Source of the DNA: Candidatus Rifleibacteriota bacterium
GTDB lineage: Bacteria > Muiribacteriota > Ozemobacteria > Ozemobacterales > Ozemobacteraceae
NCBI GenBank assembly: GCA_024710355.1
Contig: JANJUX010000033.1
Span: 22,641-86,640, forward strand
Reading direction: 5' to 3'
DNA length: 64,000 nt
Every line of letters begins with the position of its first letter. Positions within the stretch are counted from its first letter, which is position 1. A program made the translations under genes and the position numbers. This document shows, in pieces, positions 16,750-27,421 of the stretch. Below the pieces are notes generated by a model. That model did not search any database. It was not told the DNA's origin and saw nothing but the letters and a program-made list of their open reading frames with translations.

Positions 16750-18573
16750 GTGAAAGCTCACAGACACATCACCAACCCAGAAATGATTCGCAACGTCGCG
16801 ATTATCGCCCATGTTGACCACGGAAAAACGACCCTGGTCGACGCCCTGATCAAGCAGTCCGGTCTTTTTCGCGATAACCAGCGCGTTGAAGAATGTTTCA
16901 TGGACAACAACGCCATCGAAAGAGAGCGCGGTATCACCATTCTGTCAAAGAATCTGTCGCTTGAATTCAATGGTTACCGTATCAATCTCGTCGATACTCC
17001 AGGTCACGTCGATTTCGGCGGCGAAGTTGAACGCGTTCTGCGCATGGCAAACGGTTGTCTGCTGCTTGTCGACTCTTTCGAAGGCCCGATGCCACAGACC
17101 CGCTTTGTATTAAAAAAAGCTCTGGCAGCCGGCCTGAGACCGGTCGTCGTCATCAACAAAATCGACCGGCCCGATGCCCGCGTTGAAGCAGTCGAAGACG
17201 AAATTCTCGACCTGTTCATCGACGTCGGTGTTGAAGAAAGCATGCTCAACTACCCGGTTCTTTATGCCTCCGGCCGTGCCGGCTATGCCGTTCGCAACAT
17301 GGATGACCCGAGAAACGATATCAGACCGCTGCTCGAAGAAATGATCAAACAGGTGCCACCGCCGGCAGGCGATCTTGACGTGCCCGGCAAAATGATGATC
17401 ACCAGTCTCGATTACAATGACTACGTCGGCAGAATCGGTATTGGCAGAATTATTGGCGGCGTGTTGACCGGCAAATCAGATATCTACCGCATGCACCCGG
17501 GTGAAGTGGCCGAAAAGCACAAAATCATGCGCCTCTATTCATACAGAGGTATTCAGCGCGTTGAAGTCGAAGAAGCTGGCGCCGGCGATATCGTCGCAAT
17601 ATGCGGCATCGACACCCTTTCAATCGGCGACACAGTCTGCACCGAGCTTTGTGAACCAGAACCAATAGTTTCGGTCGACCAGCCGGTTATCTCGATGGCA
17701 TTTGCCGCCAACACCAGCCCGTTTTCCGGTCGCTCCGGCAAGTTTCTCACCTCACGCCAGATTCGCGCCAGACTCGATCGCGAACTCGAAACCAACGTCG
17801 CCATGCGCGTCGAGAATGCGACCGAAGAGCGCGACACCTTTCTCGTCTCGGGTCGTGGCGAACTGCACCTCGGCATTCTTATCGAAACCATGCGCCGCGA
17901 AGGCTACGAACTGCAGGTAAGCAAACCGGCCGCAATCATGAAACGCGACGGAAACGGCCAGATACTTGAGCCTGTCGAAGAGCTCGCCATCGATATTCCT
18001 GATAACTACATGGGCATCGTCATGGAAGTACTCGGGCCGCGCCGCGCCATGCTCGAATCATCAAAGCGCCTGCTCGACAATTATCTGCGCCTGATCTTCT
18101 CGGTACCAGCACGTGGTCTGCTTGGCTTCAGATCGATGTTTCTCACCATGACCAACGGCACCGGCATCATGAATCAGTGCTTCAGAGCCTATGAACCTTA
18201 CCGTGGCGATATTCCCGAAAGCCGCAATGGCGTCATGGTCGCTACCGATCCGGGTGTTGCCACCGCCTATGCCATCAAAAACCTCTCTGAACGCGGAACC
18301 ATGTTCTACGCTCCCGGCGAAGAAATCTACGAAGGTCTGGTAGTTGGCGAACGCCCACTCAGCGGCGATCTCAAGGTTAACATAGTTAAAAAGCGCCATG
18401 TTACCAACCATCGCTCGGCGACCTCTGAAGAACTCGAAAAACTGCCTTCGCCACGCCGAATGACCCTCGACCAGGCTCTCGAATACGTAGCCGATGACGA
18501 ATGGGTCGAAGTCACTCCCGATGCAATCCGCCTGCGCAAAAAAGGCGAAGCACGCATCGGCGGCCGAAAGTAA
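16750..18573 (+). CDS. typA: Translational GTPase TypA/BipA.
   Basis: IRNVAIIAHVDHGKTTLVDALIKQSG (G1) and DTPGHVDFGGEVER (G3) are present. The length is ~600 aa with an EF-G-like domain architecture. The start is uncertain between GTG 16750 and ATG 16783. Confidence 0.88.
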   Translation: MKAHRHITNPEMIRNVAIIAHVDHGKTTLVDALIKQSGLFRDNQRVEECFMDNNAIERERGITILSKNLSLEFNGYRINLVDTPGHVDFGGEVERVLRMANGCLLLVDSFEGPMPQTRFVLKKALAAGLRPVVVINKIDRPDARVEAVEDEILDLFIDVGVEESMLNYPVLYASGRAGYAVRNMDDPRNDIRPLLEEMIKQVPPPAGDLDVPGKMMITSLDYNDYVGRIGIGRIIGGVLTGKSDIYRMHPGEVAEKHKIMRLYSYRGIQRVEVEEAGAGDIVAICGIDTLSIGDTVCTELCEPEPIVSVDQPVISMAFAANTSPFSGRSGKFLTSRQIRARLDRELETNVAMRVENATEERDTFLVSGRGELHLGILIETMRREGYELQVSKPAAIMKRDGNGQILEPVEELAIDIPDNYMGIVMEVLGPRRAMLESSKRLLDNYLRLIFSVPARGLLGFRSMFLTMTNGTGIMNQCFRAYEPYRGDIPESRNGVMVATDPGVATAYAIKNLSERGTMFYAPGEEIYEGLVVGERPLSGDLKVNIVKKRHVTNHRSATSEELEKLPSPRRMTLDQALEYVADDEWVEVTPDAIRLRKKGEARIGGRK

Positions 18574-18592
18574 GTCAGACCCTGCTTTGCAA

Positions 18593-19852
18593 TTGTTAAA
18601 AAGAGCATTACCGGCGCTGCTGGTAATGCTTTTTCTTTTTACCGCAACTTTTCTCAGCGCTCAATCGCGACTCGCTCATCTCGCAGCCGCAAACCCGTCC
18701 GACCCGAATGTCTTGAACTCTTATGGCATCGAATTGGCCAACAGCGGCGACCTGATGGGTGCCATAGGCGTCTGGCGCCGCGCCCTCGACTTTGACCGCA
18801 GCAATGTTCACCTCTACAACAATATTGGCAGCGCCTTAAAACGCCTGGGTCAGGATCGCCACGCCTTCGCCTGGTATGCCGCCGCTCTGCAGCTGCAACC
18901 AGTTTACTGGACTTACTACAATATCGCCCTTCTCTATCGCGACCACAATCAACCGGAAGAGGCCTGCTGGGCGCTTGGCGAAGCGCTGCGCCTCAACCCG
19001 CAGTTTGCCGAAGCAGCAAGCCTGCTGCAAAGAATCAGGGCCGGCGAAGCCGGCCGCGATCAGAGAATCAAAGCCGAAACCACCACTGTTAAAAAGCCGG
19101 TTGCCGGCCCGGAGCCAGCCGAATTGCCCAGACCAGAAAAAGAGAAGCCCAGGAAAACAGTAGTTGCCAGCCAGGCTGAAACGGCAAAGCCCGCAGTCAC
19201 AGGCAGCAAAATCGAGCAAAAAAAGCCGACAACCGATGAAGAGCCCCTGCGCCTGCCTTCTGACAGCGGCGGTCAGGTATTTCTCACCTTCGACGGTGGT
19301 GCCACCGACGCCGGCTTCGATTCAATACTCAACTCACTCCGCCGTTTTGGCGTCAAATCGACATTTTTTCTTACCGGCAAGTTCGCACAAAACTACCCCG
19401 AAAAATGCCGACAGCTGATTGCTGAGGGGCACGAAATCGGCAATCACAGCATGAATCATCCCGACATGAAAAACTTCAGCGCCGAAAAAATCGCAACCGA
19501 AATCGAAGCTGCCGAACAGGCCTTTGAAAAGGTGCTCGGCCGGCGTGGCGCGCCATTTTTCCGCTTTCCATACGGACACCAGAATAAACGTGTCGAACAG
19601 ATTGTCGAAAACCTTGGTTATCGCCCGGTTTACTGGCACATAGACACGATTGACTGGCGCGAAGACCCGGTAGAAACGATTATCAGCCGCGTTAAAAACA
19701 AACTGCGGCGCAATTCAGTTATTTTAATGCATCTTGGCAGCAAAAACGGGGCAAAAGCCCTCGACCGTATTCTGCAGCATGTAACCGCAAGAGGCTATTC
19801 GCCGGCCAGACTTTCTGATCTCGACGCCAGCCAGCTGGTTGCATTGCCCTGA
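18593..19852 (+). CDS. Secreted TPR-repeat protein fused to a polysaccharide deacetylase (NodB-homology) domain.
   Basis: TPR repeats (YNNIGSALKRLGQDRHAFAWYAAALQLQP...) are followed by a Lys/Pro-rich linker. The NodB motifs read FLTFDGGATDAGF, HEIGNHSMNHP and RFPYG. The start is placed at the in-frame TTG 18593, which gives a proper signal peptide MLKRALPALLVMLFLFTATFLSAQS. ATG 18626 is the alternative. The ORF-track start at 18494 overlaps typA and was rejected. Confidence 0.7.
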   Translation: MLKRALPALLVMLFLFTATFLSAQSRLAHLAAANPSDPNVLNSYGIELANSGDLMGAIGVWRRALDFDRSNVHLYNNIGSALKRLGQDRHAFAWYAAALQLQPVYWTYYNIALLYRDHNQPEEACWALGEALRLNPQFAEAASLLQRIRAGEAGRDQRIKAETTTVKKPVAGPEPAELPRPEKEKPRKTVVASQAETAKPAVTGSKIEQKKPTTDEEPLRLPSDSGGQVFLTFDGGATDAGFDSILNSLRRFGVKSTFFLTGKFAQNYPEKCRQLIAEGHEIGNHSMNHPDMKNFSAEKIATEIEAAEQAFEKVLGRRGAPFFRFPYGHQNKRVEQIVENLGYRPVYWHIDTIDWREDPVETIISRVKNKLRRNSVILMHLGSKNGAKALDRILQHVTARGYSPARLSDLDASQLVALP

Positions 19853-19876
19853 CTGCCAGACAGAAGCAGTGTGAAT

Positions 19877-20455
19877 TTAATTGCAGACCTGCATCGAATG
19901 ATGGGCACCGATCATTTTCATCAGCTGCTCGGGAGTATCTGCAACCTGAAACAGGTTCAGATGCTCGACACGAATGGTTTTCTGGGCAATACCATGTTGA
20001 AACAGTGCCAATAACGGCCCGAAAAAGTTGTCGATGTTCAGCAGAAACATCGGTCGATCGTGCCTGGCAAGCTGCTTCATCGTCAACAGGTCGAAAAATT
20101 CGTCGTAAGTCCCGATGCCGCCAGGCAGAGCGACAATGTAATCAGATTTGTCGAGCATCGCCTGCTTGCGAGGCCTGAGATCTTCGACAGCCTGCATTTC
20201 ATCGAGATCAGGGTGTTGAATGCCCCGGTCGATCATGTATTGTGGAACGACACCGATCAGTCGACCACCGGCGCTTTTGTGCGAATCGGCGACAATCTTC
20301 ATCAACCCGCAGGTAGTGCCGCCATAAAGCACCGAAAAATGGTTTTCGGCAAGCAGTCTGGCGAACTCAGCCGCGCCGCTTTTGATTCTTTCGGAAACAT
20401 CGGAGCTGGAAGAACAGAAAATACAGACAACCGGTTTATTGCTTGTTGGATTCAT
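19877..20455 (-). CDS. LOG-family (TIGR00730) nucleotide phosphoribohydrolase.
   Basis: The motifs [13 protein letters not shown] and [10 protein letters not shown] are the LOG GGGxGxM / PGGxGTxxE signatures. The protein is 192 aa. Confidence 0.8.
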   Translation of the reverse strand: MNPTSNKPVVCIFCSSSSDVSERIKSGAAEFARLLAENHFSVLYGGTTCGLMKIVADSHKSAGGRLIGVVPQYMIDRGIQHPDLDEMQAVEDLRPRKQAMLDKSDYIVALPGGIGTYDEFFDLLTMKQLARHDRPMFLLNIDNFFGPLLALFQHGIAQKTIRVEHLNLFQVADTPEQLMKMIGAHHSMQVCN

Positions 20456-20624
20456 AGTAACCGGATTATACCACTTACATCGCAGGTTGTATCGTTACGC
20501 CGGCAGATTTACGCGCGGGCGCCTGCAGGCAGTTGTATTGTTGATTTTTCGAGGGCGGCCGCTTATAATTGCCTCTCAAACAGTTTCGCCAATTCTTAAA
20601 TTTTGTCGTCGACGGGAGAAACAG

Positions 20625-22007
20625 ATGGTAGATCTCGATAAAATCATTTCTTTGTGCAAGCGCCGCGGATTCATCTTTCAGGGAAGCGACCAGTACGGTG
20701 GTCTGCAGGGAACCTGGGACTACGGCCCTCTCGGCGTCGAACTGAAGAACAATGTAAAAAAAGCCTGGTGGCGCCGCGTTGTCTATGAACGCGACGACAT
20801 GGAAGGCCTCGATTGCGCCATTCTGATGAACCGTCTGGTTCTCAAGTATTCAGGTCACGAAGAAACCTTCTCTGACCCGATGGTTGACTGCCGCAAATGT
20901 AAAAAGAGATTCAGAGCCGATCAGGTCGACCACAACGAAAAATGCGCTGAGGGCGACAAACACGACCTTACCGAACCACGCCCCTTCAATCTGATGTTCA
21001 AAACCACCGTCGGGCCCGTTGCCGAAGAAAATAACATCGCTTATCTGCGCCCTGAGACCGCACAGGGCATTTTCGTCAATTTCAAGAACGTGCTCGACTC
21101 AACTAACCGCAAACTGCCGTTCGGCATTGCCCAGATCGGCAAGTCATACCGCAACGAAATTACCCCCCGCAATTTCATCTTCAGAGTGCGTGAATTCGAA
21201 CAGATGGAAATCGAATTTTTCGTAAAACCCGGCACCGACGACGAATGGCACAGCAAATGGGTCGAAGACCGCTTCAACTGGTATGTCGAACTCGGCATCA
21301 AACCTGAAAATCTGCGCAAATACGAGCAGAAACCTGAAGAACTTGCTCACTACGCCAAGGCGACCGTCGACCTGCTCTATCGCTTTTTCCCGGAAAGAGA
21401 AGATGAAAACAAACAGTTCGACGAAGTCGAAGGCATTGCCAACCGCACCGATTTCGACCTCACCTGCCACACCAAGGGCGGCAAACTGGTGCTCGCCGAT
21501 GGCCGTGAAATACCGAACACGCACGCCGTCAACAAACTGACCTACTTCGATCACGAAACCAATCAGCACATTCTGCCCTATGTCGTCGAGCCCTCAGCCG
21601 GCGTTGACCGCGCCACCCTGGCGTTCCTGATGGATTCGTATTTTGAAGAAACCGTTAACGACGGTCAGCGCATCGTTCTCAGGCTGCACCCCGAACTGGC
21701 CCCGATCAAAGTTGCCGTTCTGCCGCTGAAGAAAAATCACGACGGCATTCGCAACACCGCGATGCAGATCAAGAACACCCTGATGAAAAAGAGCGGCTGG
21801 CGCACTGTTTATGACGACACAGCCGGTATCGGCAAGCTCTATCGCCGTCAGGACGAAATCGGCACGCCGTTCTGCGTCACTGTCGACTTCGACACTCTCG
21901 AAGACCAGTCGGTTACCGTTCGCGACCGCGATACCATGGCGCAGGAACGCGTCAAAATCGACACCCTGCAGGATTATCTGGCGAAAAAGCTTGGAAACTG
22001 CCGCTGA
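20625..22007 (+). CDS. glyQS: Glycine--tRNA ligase (dimeric class II GlyQS type).
   Basis: The N-terminus [43 protein letters not shown] is canonical. A GGGAGA RBS precedes the start. Class II motifs are present downstream. Confidence 0.9.
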   Translation: MVDLDKIISLCKRRGFIFQGSDQYGGLQGTWDYGPLGVELKNNVKKAWWRRVVYERDDMEGLDCAILMNRLVLKYSGHEETFSDPMVDCRKCKKRFRADQVDHNEKCAEGDKHDLTEPRPFNLMFKTTVGPVAEENNIAYLRPETAQGIFVNFKNVLDSTNRKLPFGIAQIGKSYRNEITPRNFIFRVREFEQMEIEFFVKPGTDDEWHSKWVEDRFNWYVELGIKPENLRKYEQKPEELAHYAKATVDLLYRFFPEREDENKQFDEVEGIANRTDFDLTCHTKGGKLVLADGREIPNTHAVNKLTYFDHETNQHILPYVVEPSAGVDRATLAFLMDSYFEETVNDGQRIVLRLHPELAPIKVAVLPLKKNHDGIRNTAMQIKNTLMKKSGWRTVYDDTAGIGKLYRRQDEIGTPFCVTVDFDTLEDQSVTVRDRDTMAQERVKIDTLQDYLAKKLGNCR

Positions 22008-22818
22008 AAATAACGGGCGGATCATCAGAGGCGACATGCTGCATGTCGCCTCTTTGCTTACGCCAGAAACTTTCAGGCTGATCTACCTCGACCCGCCATT
22101 TTTAACTGGCCGCGAGCAGATCGGCACCGGCGCAGGCATGGCCTACGACGACCGCTGGGAAGGAGAGCTCGACAGCTACCTGCCCTGGCTGCAGCAGCGC
22201 CTGCTGGCGATCTTTCCGCTTCTCTGCGCCGACGGCAGCCTGGTATTGCATCTGGACTACCGCACAGCCCACTATGCCCGGGTAATGCTCGACGGCATCT
22301 TTGGCCGCAGGGGCTTTATCAACGAGATAATCTGGCATTACACCGGTGGTGGCCGGTCGAAAAGTCGCTTCTCATGTAAACACGACACTCTTCTCTGGTA
22401 CAGCCGCGGCAAAACACCGGTTTTTAATCTCGACGCGGTCAGAGTGCCATATAAGCCGACTTCTGGCTATGCAAAGGGCGGAATTGTGGCGGCGAGCGGT
22501 CGAAAATATCTGCCAGACCCCAGAGGAACCCCGGTTGACGATGTCTGGGATATTCCGATCATCAACCCGATGTCGCACGAGAGAGTCGGCTACCCGACGC
22601 AGAAACCGCTCGCACTTCTGCACAGGCTGATCAGCGCCCTCAGTAACCCGGGCGACCTGATCGGTGACTTCTGTTGCGGCAGCGGCACGACAGCAATTGC
22701 AGCCCAGAAGCTCGGGCGCCGCTGGCTGGTATGTGACGTTTCTGAAGCGGCAGTAAGCTGCGTCAGCAATCGCCTGCTGAAAGAATGTGACATAGCTCTC
22801 AGCCCAGATTTGCCCTGA
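21991..22818 (+). CDS. DNA methyltransferase, beta-class (N4-C or N6-A; motif IV before motif I). No adjacent restriction endonuclease was found.
   Basis: The typical N-terminus reads [29 protein letters not shown] (DPPF is motif IV). Motif I reads [25 protein letters not shown]. The probable TTG start at 21991 overlaps the glyQS end by 17 nt. The alternative ATG at 22036 would delete the conserved N-terminal GD motif. Confidence 0.72.
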   Translation: METAAENNGRIIRGDMLHVASLLTPETFRLIYLDPPFLTGREQIGTGAGMAYDDRWEGELDSYLPWLQQRLLAIFPLLCADGSLVLHLDYRTAHYARVMLDGIFGRRGFINEIIWHYTGGGRSKSRFSCKHDTLLWYSRGKTPVFNLDAVRVPYKPTSGYAKGGIVAASGRKYLPDPRGTPVDDVWDIPIINPMSHERVGYPTQKPLALLHRLISALSNPGDLIGDFCCGSGTTAIAAQKLGRRWLVCDVSEAAVSCVSNRLLKECDIALSPDLP

Positions 22819-22908
22819 TATGCTGTCGGGTGCTTGCAGTTAACAGACAGCCGGTATATCATTATCAAGCTTGTTTGAGAGAAAACTGTAAGCACCATGG
22901 AGGAACAC

Positions 22909-24117
22909 ATGTCTGACGCCAGAAAAATGATTTTGAACATGCTCGCAGAAGGCAAAATCACGGTTGAAGAATCCGAAAAGCTGCTTGCAGCCATGAACGA
23001 AAAAGAAGCGCCCCGCGAAGAATCGAAAGGCGACACCCGCCAGCAGAATCGCGAAAACGATCAGTATGCCAGAAACGAAGAAAATTCTGAACGGGCCCGT
23101 GAGCGCGACGATGACCCGTTCAACCCCTTTTTAAACGCCACCAAGCTTGGTTTCGACCTGCGAAATCTTGCCCAGACAGTGCAACAAACGGTGCAACAGG
23201 CCATCAAAAAGGCAGAACCACGCAGACGCGAATTCAAAGACAAGATGAAAGAATTTGGCAACTGGATGCAGGAAGTTGTCGGCAGCATGGCCAACGAACT
23301 TGGCAATGTCAAAGGTGAGCCCACAGACGGAGTTCCGGTTGATTTTGTCGTCACACCACCGGAAGGTACTCAGGGCTGCGATACCTTCATCATTGAAAAC
23401 GTGTTTGGCGAAATCCGCATTCACGAAGGCAGCGAATTTAAAATGCACGTCAACGGCCAGGTCAGCAAGGCAACCCTGGGTGAATATCAGCCGGCGCAGT
23501 GGTTCTCACGCTACGGCATCGAAGTCGACGGCTACAAGCTTATTATCGGGTTTGATCGCGCCCAGCCGGTGAAAGCCGCCATCGACATGGAAATCACCCT
23601 GCCACCCGACATGCACATCAGCTGCAAAACCGTTTCTGGCGCCGTCAGAATTCGCGGTAATTTCAAAATCGGTGACCTTAACACTGTCAGCGGCAATATT
23701 CGCGTTCAGGGTGCCAACCTCAAGCAGTCACGTATCGAGACCGTCAGCGGCGCGGTTCAGATCGAGGGTGGCGAAATCGCGATGGAAATTAAATCGACCT
23801 CCGGCGACTTTCTCGTGCGCGACTCACGCATCGAAGAACTCAGGATCAACTCAGTTTCCGGCGATATCATGCTGACCGAAGGCAGCATATCTGAAAGCAC
23901 TAATGTTAAGCTCGTCACCACCTCTGGTGACATCATCGTCGAAAAAATGAGCGGCCCCTGGAAAGTCGTCGAAGCCACTACCCGCAGCGGCGACGTCGTA
24001 TTAGACTGGAAAGGCGACGCCACGCCACTGAACAACCAGGGCACAACCCTGAAGTCGGGCAGCAGTGGTGCCGAATTCAAAGCCGAATCGGTCAGCGGTG
24101 ACATTCAATTCACCTGA
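22909..24117 (+). CDS. DUF4097/LiaG-like beta-strand-repeat protein (putative cell-envelope stress or 'adhesin' family).
   Basis: The N-terminal helix reads ARKMILNMLAEGKITVEESEKLLAAM. This is followed by an acidic linker and then 8 or more repeats of a V/T-SGD/A-hydrophobic beta motif: TVSGAVRI, TVSGNIRV, TVSGAVQI, STSGDFLV, SVSGDIML, TTSGDIIV, TRSGDVVL and SVSGDIQF. A GGAGG sequence lies 5 nt before ATG 22909. Confidence 0.65.
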   Translation: MSDARKMILNMLAEGKITVEESEKLLAAMNEKEAPREESKGDTRQQNRENDQYARNEENSERARERDDDPFNPFLNATKLGFDLRNLAQTVQQTVQQAIKKAEPRRREFKDKMKEFGNWMQEVVGSMANELGNVKGEPTDGVPVDFVVTPPEGTQGCDTFIIENVFGEIRIHEGSEFKMHVNGQVSKATLGEYQPAQWFSRYGIEVDGYKLIIGFDRAQPVKAAIDMEITLPPDMHISCKTVSGAVRIRGNFKIGDLNTVSGNIRVQGANLKQSRIETVSGAVQIEGGEIAMEIKSTSGDFLVRDSRIEELRINSVSGDIMLTEGSISESTNVKLVTTSGDIIVEKMSGPWKVVEATTRSGDVVLDWKGDATPLNNQGTTLKSGSSGAEFKAESVSGDIQFT

Positions 24118-24162
24118 GACTATCACCTTATTAAATAACGGCATTCAAACGGAGCAAGAAAC

Positions 24163-24768
24163 ATGGAACCCCTGCAGATGATCGGTCTGATTCTTATCAT
24201 CACCGCCCTGTTCGCCATTGGCGGCAAGTTCGTAATTTTCTTCAAAAATCGCGAAATCGCGCTGATTAAAGAGAAATACGAACAGCTGATCGCTTCGAAT
24301 AAACATGAGTATGAATCGGTCAGAGCCACCCTTTCAGAAGACAGTTTCAAGCAGACCAAACGCCTTGAAGAGCATTATCTGCGCAAGCTGGATGACAAGG
24401 ACAAAGAAATTCAGGATCTGGTAAACGAACTCGAAACCCTGCAGAGCTGGAAAAAAGAGCTTGAGATCAAGTTTGCCAAATACGAAGGCGCCTCACAGGG
24501 CAGCCCGCAGCACCTGATCATGAAGCTTCTCGACCACAACCAGAAGCTGAATCAGGCCCTGAATGCCAAATGGAAAGACATCGAAACGAACCTCAACAAC
24601 GAACTTACCGCCACCCTCGGAAAAATAAAATCAATGTTTGCTGAAGCAGAAAAACTGCACCATGACGGCATAGAGATTATCTCTGAATATGAATCTCGCC
24701 TGCCCGACGACGTAAAGCGCAAAGTTCACGAAGAAATGCTCAAGCTCCCGCAATCGACCGGTCTTTAA
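24163..24768 (+). CDS. Membrane-anchored coiled-coil protein (hypothetical).
   Basis: There is one N-terminal TM helix (IGLILIITALFAIGGKFVIFF), and the remainder is heptad-rich. Confidence 0.5.
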   Translation: MEPLQMIGLILIITALFAIGGKFVIFFKNREIALIKEKYEQLIASNKHEYESVRATLSEDSFKQTKRLEEHYLRKLDDKDKEIQDLVNELETLQSWKKELEIKFAKYEGASQGSPQHLIMKLLDHNQKLNQALNAKWKDIETNLNNELTATLGKIKSMFAEAEKLHHDGIEIISEYESRLPDDVKRKVHEEMLKLPQSTGL

Positions 24769-24813
24769 GCAATAGTTATTTGTGTCAGAACGATTGTATG
24801 ATAGACTCGCAGC

Positions 24814-26517
24814 ATGAGTCTGCTCGACATCACAACCGGCGTCATTCTGCTTTCGGCTCTGGCCGGGATCTCTGCCGGCCTTGACAAGCTTGCCGGCACT
24901 CTGCTGTATCTGGCCCTGCTGGTTGGCAGCCAATATTTCAACAATCTCTGCCGACAACTTGCCGGCGATGACTGCTGGCTGCAGAATCGCCTTATGCAGC
25001 GCGGTTTCAGCCGCATTCAGACCGGCAAAACCCTGCGTATTACCGGTGCCATGTCGATTGCAGGCCTGTGCGGTCTGCTGTTGTATCAGGTTTACCGACT
25101 TTCTCTGGGGTTTAGCCTGACGGTTTACGATTCTTTCAATTTTCGTTTTTTCTACCTGGCAATTCATCTTCTTCTGATTTTTTATGCGGTTTTTGCCGTA
25201 AGAACTCTGCAGCTGCTCGAAAAACCAGACTTATCGGCCCGCTGGTACCGTGGGCTTGGCTACTTGAGCGGTTATCAGTCGCTGATTTTTGCAGTTTTCC
25301 TGCTGGCTTCATATCTGCCCGAGGCAGAGAGCGATGTTTTGAATGCCTATGTCGACTATGGCTTTTTCTCGGTATTTATCGGCATGGCATTGCTGGGTGC
25401 CGAAATTTTGACCGCTGCCATCCGCAGCCTGCGTCAGGCATTTTCCGGCAGCATTCAGACAGAACTGCCGGTTCCGTTTTTCATCAGTTTCTTTGCCGCA
25501 GAGAACACAATTAAAAAGAGCCTGATACGCAGCATCGAAAGCATTTCTGGAATCGATGTCTCCAGGTCTGAAATCATCGCTTTCGGCCTGCGCATTCTCG
25601 AACCGGTTCTCATAACCGCTTTTCTCGCAGTATGGCTCACATCGGCAATTGTCATCGTTCCGGCTGACCAGCAGGCGATTTTCAGACATTTCGGCAGGAT
25701 AACCGGCAGCAATGCAGCCGGGCCGGGTTTACACCTCAAGCTGCCCTGGCCCTTCGCTACCGTCGAGCTGCACAGGCCGCACCAGATTCGCACCCTCAAC
25801 ATTGGCTTCGAGCCTGACCCAAAGCAGAAAAACATCATCTGGGCAAAGCCACATGCGACTAATTATTTTCACCTGATTGTCGGCAATGGGGTAGAAATCA
25901 TCGCCATCGACTGCCAGGTTCTCTTTCGGGTCGACAACCTGTTCAGATACGTCACCAGCATGCAGAACCCTGAAGAATTCATCAGCGCCACCGCCTACCG
26001 GCATCTGACCCGCGAAACCGTCGCAGCCGCGTTCGACGAGATCATCACGCGCGACCGCAGAATTCTGGCCGATCAGCTGCGTCGAAATATCCAGGTTGAC
26101 CTTGACGCAGCTGGCCTTGGCGCCGCAGTTGTCGAAGTGGTATTTCTCGCCATGCACCCGCCAATCGAGGTTGCGGAGGCCTACGAAGATGTTATCAGCG
26201 CTCAAACAGATAAATTAACCTACGTATTAAAGGCAAACACCGAAAACACGCATAAAATGTTCATGAGCAAAGCAAATGCTCACAGCAAAGAATTCGAAGC
26301 CAGAAGTTACGCCGCCAACACCGTTGCAAAAGCGATTGGCGATGCCTCTTCGTTTTCAAGCCGTTCGGCTGCCTTCGAGGCCGAACCCGATCTGGAAAAG
26401 TTCAGACTGCGTCTCGACCGCCTGCAGCAGCTTCTGAGCGGCAAGCCCTTTTATGTTGTCGACAAAACTCTCATGCGCAGCAACGATAAAATGTATCTGA
26501 ATCTGCAAACATGGTAA
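24814..26517 (+). CDS. SPFH/band-7 domain protein fused to a ~280-aa polytopic N-terminal membrane domain.
   Basis: There are about 8 hydrophobic helices within residues 1-280. The HflK-like core then begins at VPADQQAIFRHFGRITGSNAAGPGLHLKLPWPFATVELHRP. Confidence 0.7.
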   Translation: MSLLDITTGVILLSALAGISAGLDKLAGTLLYLALLVGSQYFNNLCRQLAGDDCWLQNRLMQRGFSRIQTGKTLRITGAMSIAGLCGLLLYQVYRLSLGFSLTVYDSFNFRFFYLAIHLLLIFYAVFAVRTLQLLEKPDLSARWYRGLGYLSGYQSLIFAVFLLASYLPEAESDVLNAYVDYGFFSVFIGMALLGAEILTAAIRSLRQAFSGSIQTELPVPFFISFFAAENTIKKSLIRSIESISGIDVSRSEIIAFGLRILEPVLITAFLAVWLTSAIVIVPADQQAIFRHFGRITGSNAAGPGLHLKLPWPFATVELHRPHQIRTLNIGFEPDPKQKNIIWAKPHATNYFHLIVGNGVEIIAIDCQVLFRVDNLFRYVTSMQNPEEFISATAYRHLTRETVAAAFDEIITRDRRILADQLRRNIQVDLDAAGLGAAVVEVVFLAMHPPIEVAEAYEDVISAQTDKLTYVLKANTENTHKMFMSKANAHSKEFEARSYAANTVAKAIGDASSFSSRSAAFEAEPDLEKFRLRLDRLQQLLSGKPFYVVDKTLMRSNDKMYLNLQTW

Positions 26518-26530
26518 AGAAGGTGATTAT

Positions 26531-27421
26531 ATGCAATTCTGGCTGAGACTGCTTCTCGCCATACTGCTTCTCGGTCTTGTTTCCTACAAGGCCTTCATTC
26601 TGCCGCTGCCAGAAGGCTTCAAGGCCGTAATTGCCCATCTCGGAAAACCCGACCGCATCATCGAAACCCCGGGGGCACACCTTAAATGGCCATGGCCGGT
26701 CGACAATTTCTATCTCTTCGACTGCCGCAACCGCATTTACAACACCCGCTTCACCCAGACTCTGACACGCGATAAAAAGGCCATAATTCTGCTCACCTAC
26801 ATCGTCTGGCGCGTTCAGCAGCCACTCACCTTTCTGCAGTCAGTCGGAACCATGACTAACGCCGAAGACAAGATCGAGGGCCTGGTATCGAGCTCAAAAA
26901 ATAACGTTCTCGGCAACTATGACCTCGCCAACCTCGTGTCAACTGACCCAGCCCAGCTGAAACTTGCCGAAATCGAAAGCCAAATTCTCGAATCGGTCAG
27001 GGAAAAGGCCCGCGAAAGCTTTGGCGTCGAAATCGTCAGCCTCGGCGTCAAGCGACTCGCCTACCCCGAAAACAACATCAAAGCGATATTCAGCCAGATG
27101 CGTGCCGAAAGAGGCCAGTATGCCGCCAAATACCGCGCCGAAGGCCGTATGGAAGCAGCCATCATTCTCTCTGAAACTGACCTCGAAATTGCCCGCATCA
27201 ACGCCGAGGCGGTAAAAACCTCAGCCGAAATCAAAGGCAAAGCCGACCGTGAAGCCGCTGAAATTTATGCCGAAGCTCACAAAAAAGGTCGCGAATTCTA
27301 CAAGTTCAGCCGCTCGCTTGAAGCGCTCGAAAAGATGGTCAATGAAAACGCAGTATTCATTCTGCGCAGTGACCAGGCCCCCTTCGACGCCCTGAACGGA
27401 AACCAGAACGATGGCAACTGA
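26531..27421 (+). CDS. SPFH/band-7 protein, HflC-like.
   Basis: A signal-anchor is followed by an SPFH core (RIIETPGAHLKWPWPVDNFYLFD) and a C-terminal coiled coil. Confidence 0.7.
   Translation: MQFWLRLLLAILLLGLVSYKAFILPLPEGFKAVIAHLGKPDRIIETPGAHLKWPWPVDNFYLFDCRNRIYNTRFTQTLTRDKKAIILLTYIVWRVQQPLTFLQSVGTMTNAEDKIEGLVSSSKNNVLGNYDLANLVSTDPAQLKLAEIESQILESVREKARESFGVEIVSLGVKRLAYPENNIKAIFSQMRAERGQYAAKYRAEGRMEAAIILSETDLEIARINAEAVKTSAEIKGKADREAAEIYAEAHKKGREFYKFSRSLEALEKMVNENAVFILRSDQAPFDALNGNQNDGN

Noticed and set aside
18494-18592. Upstream start of the TPR-deacetylase ORF overlapping typA by 80 nt.
   Set aside because: It overlaps a highly conserved gene end. The downstream in-frame TTG 18593 or ATG 18626 gives a proper signal peptide.
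20456-20624. Possible T-box riboswitch leader upstream of glyQS.
   Set aside because: The region is only about 170 nt. No T-box consensus (AATTAGGGTGGNACCGCG) or specifier/antiterminator architecture is recognisable.
24631-25167. 178-aa ORF on the - strand opposite the start of the SPFH-membrane fusion gene.
   Set aside because: It is antisense to a hydrophobic-helix coding region and has low-complexity Gln/Ala/Arg composition with no RBS.
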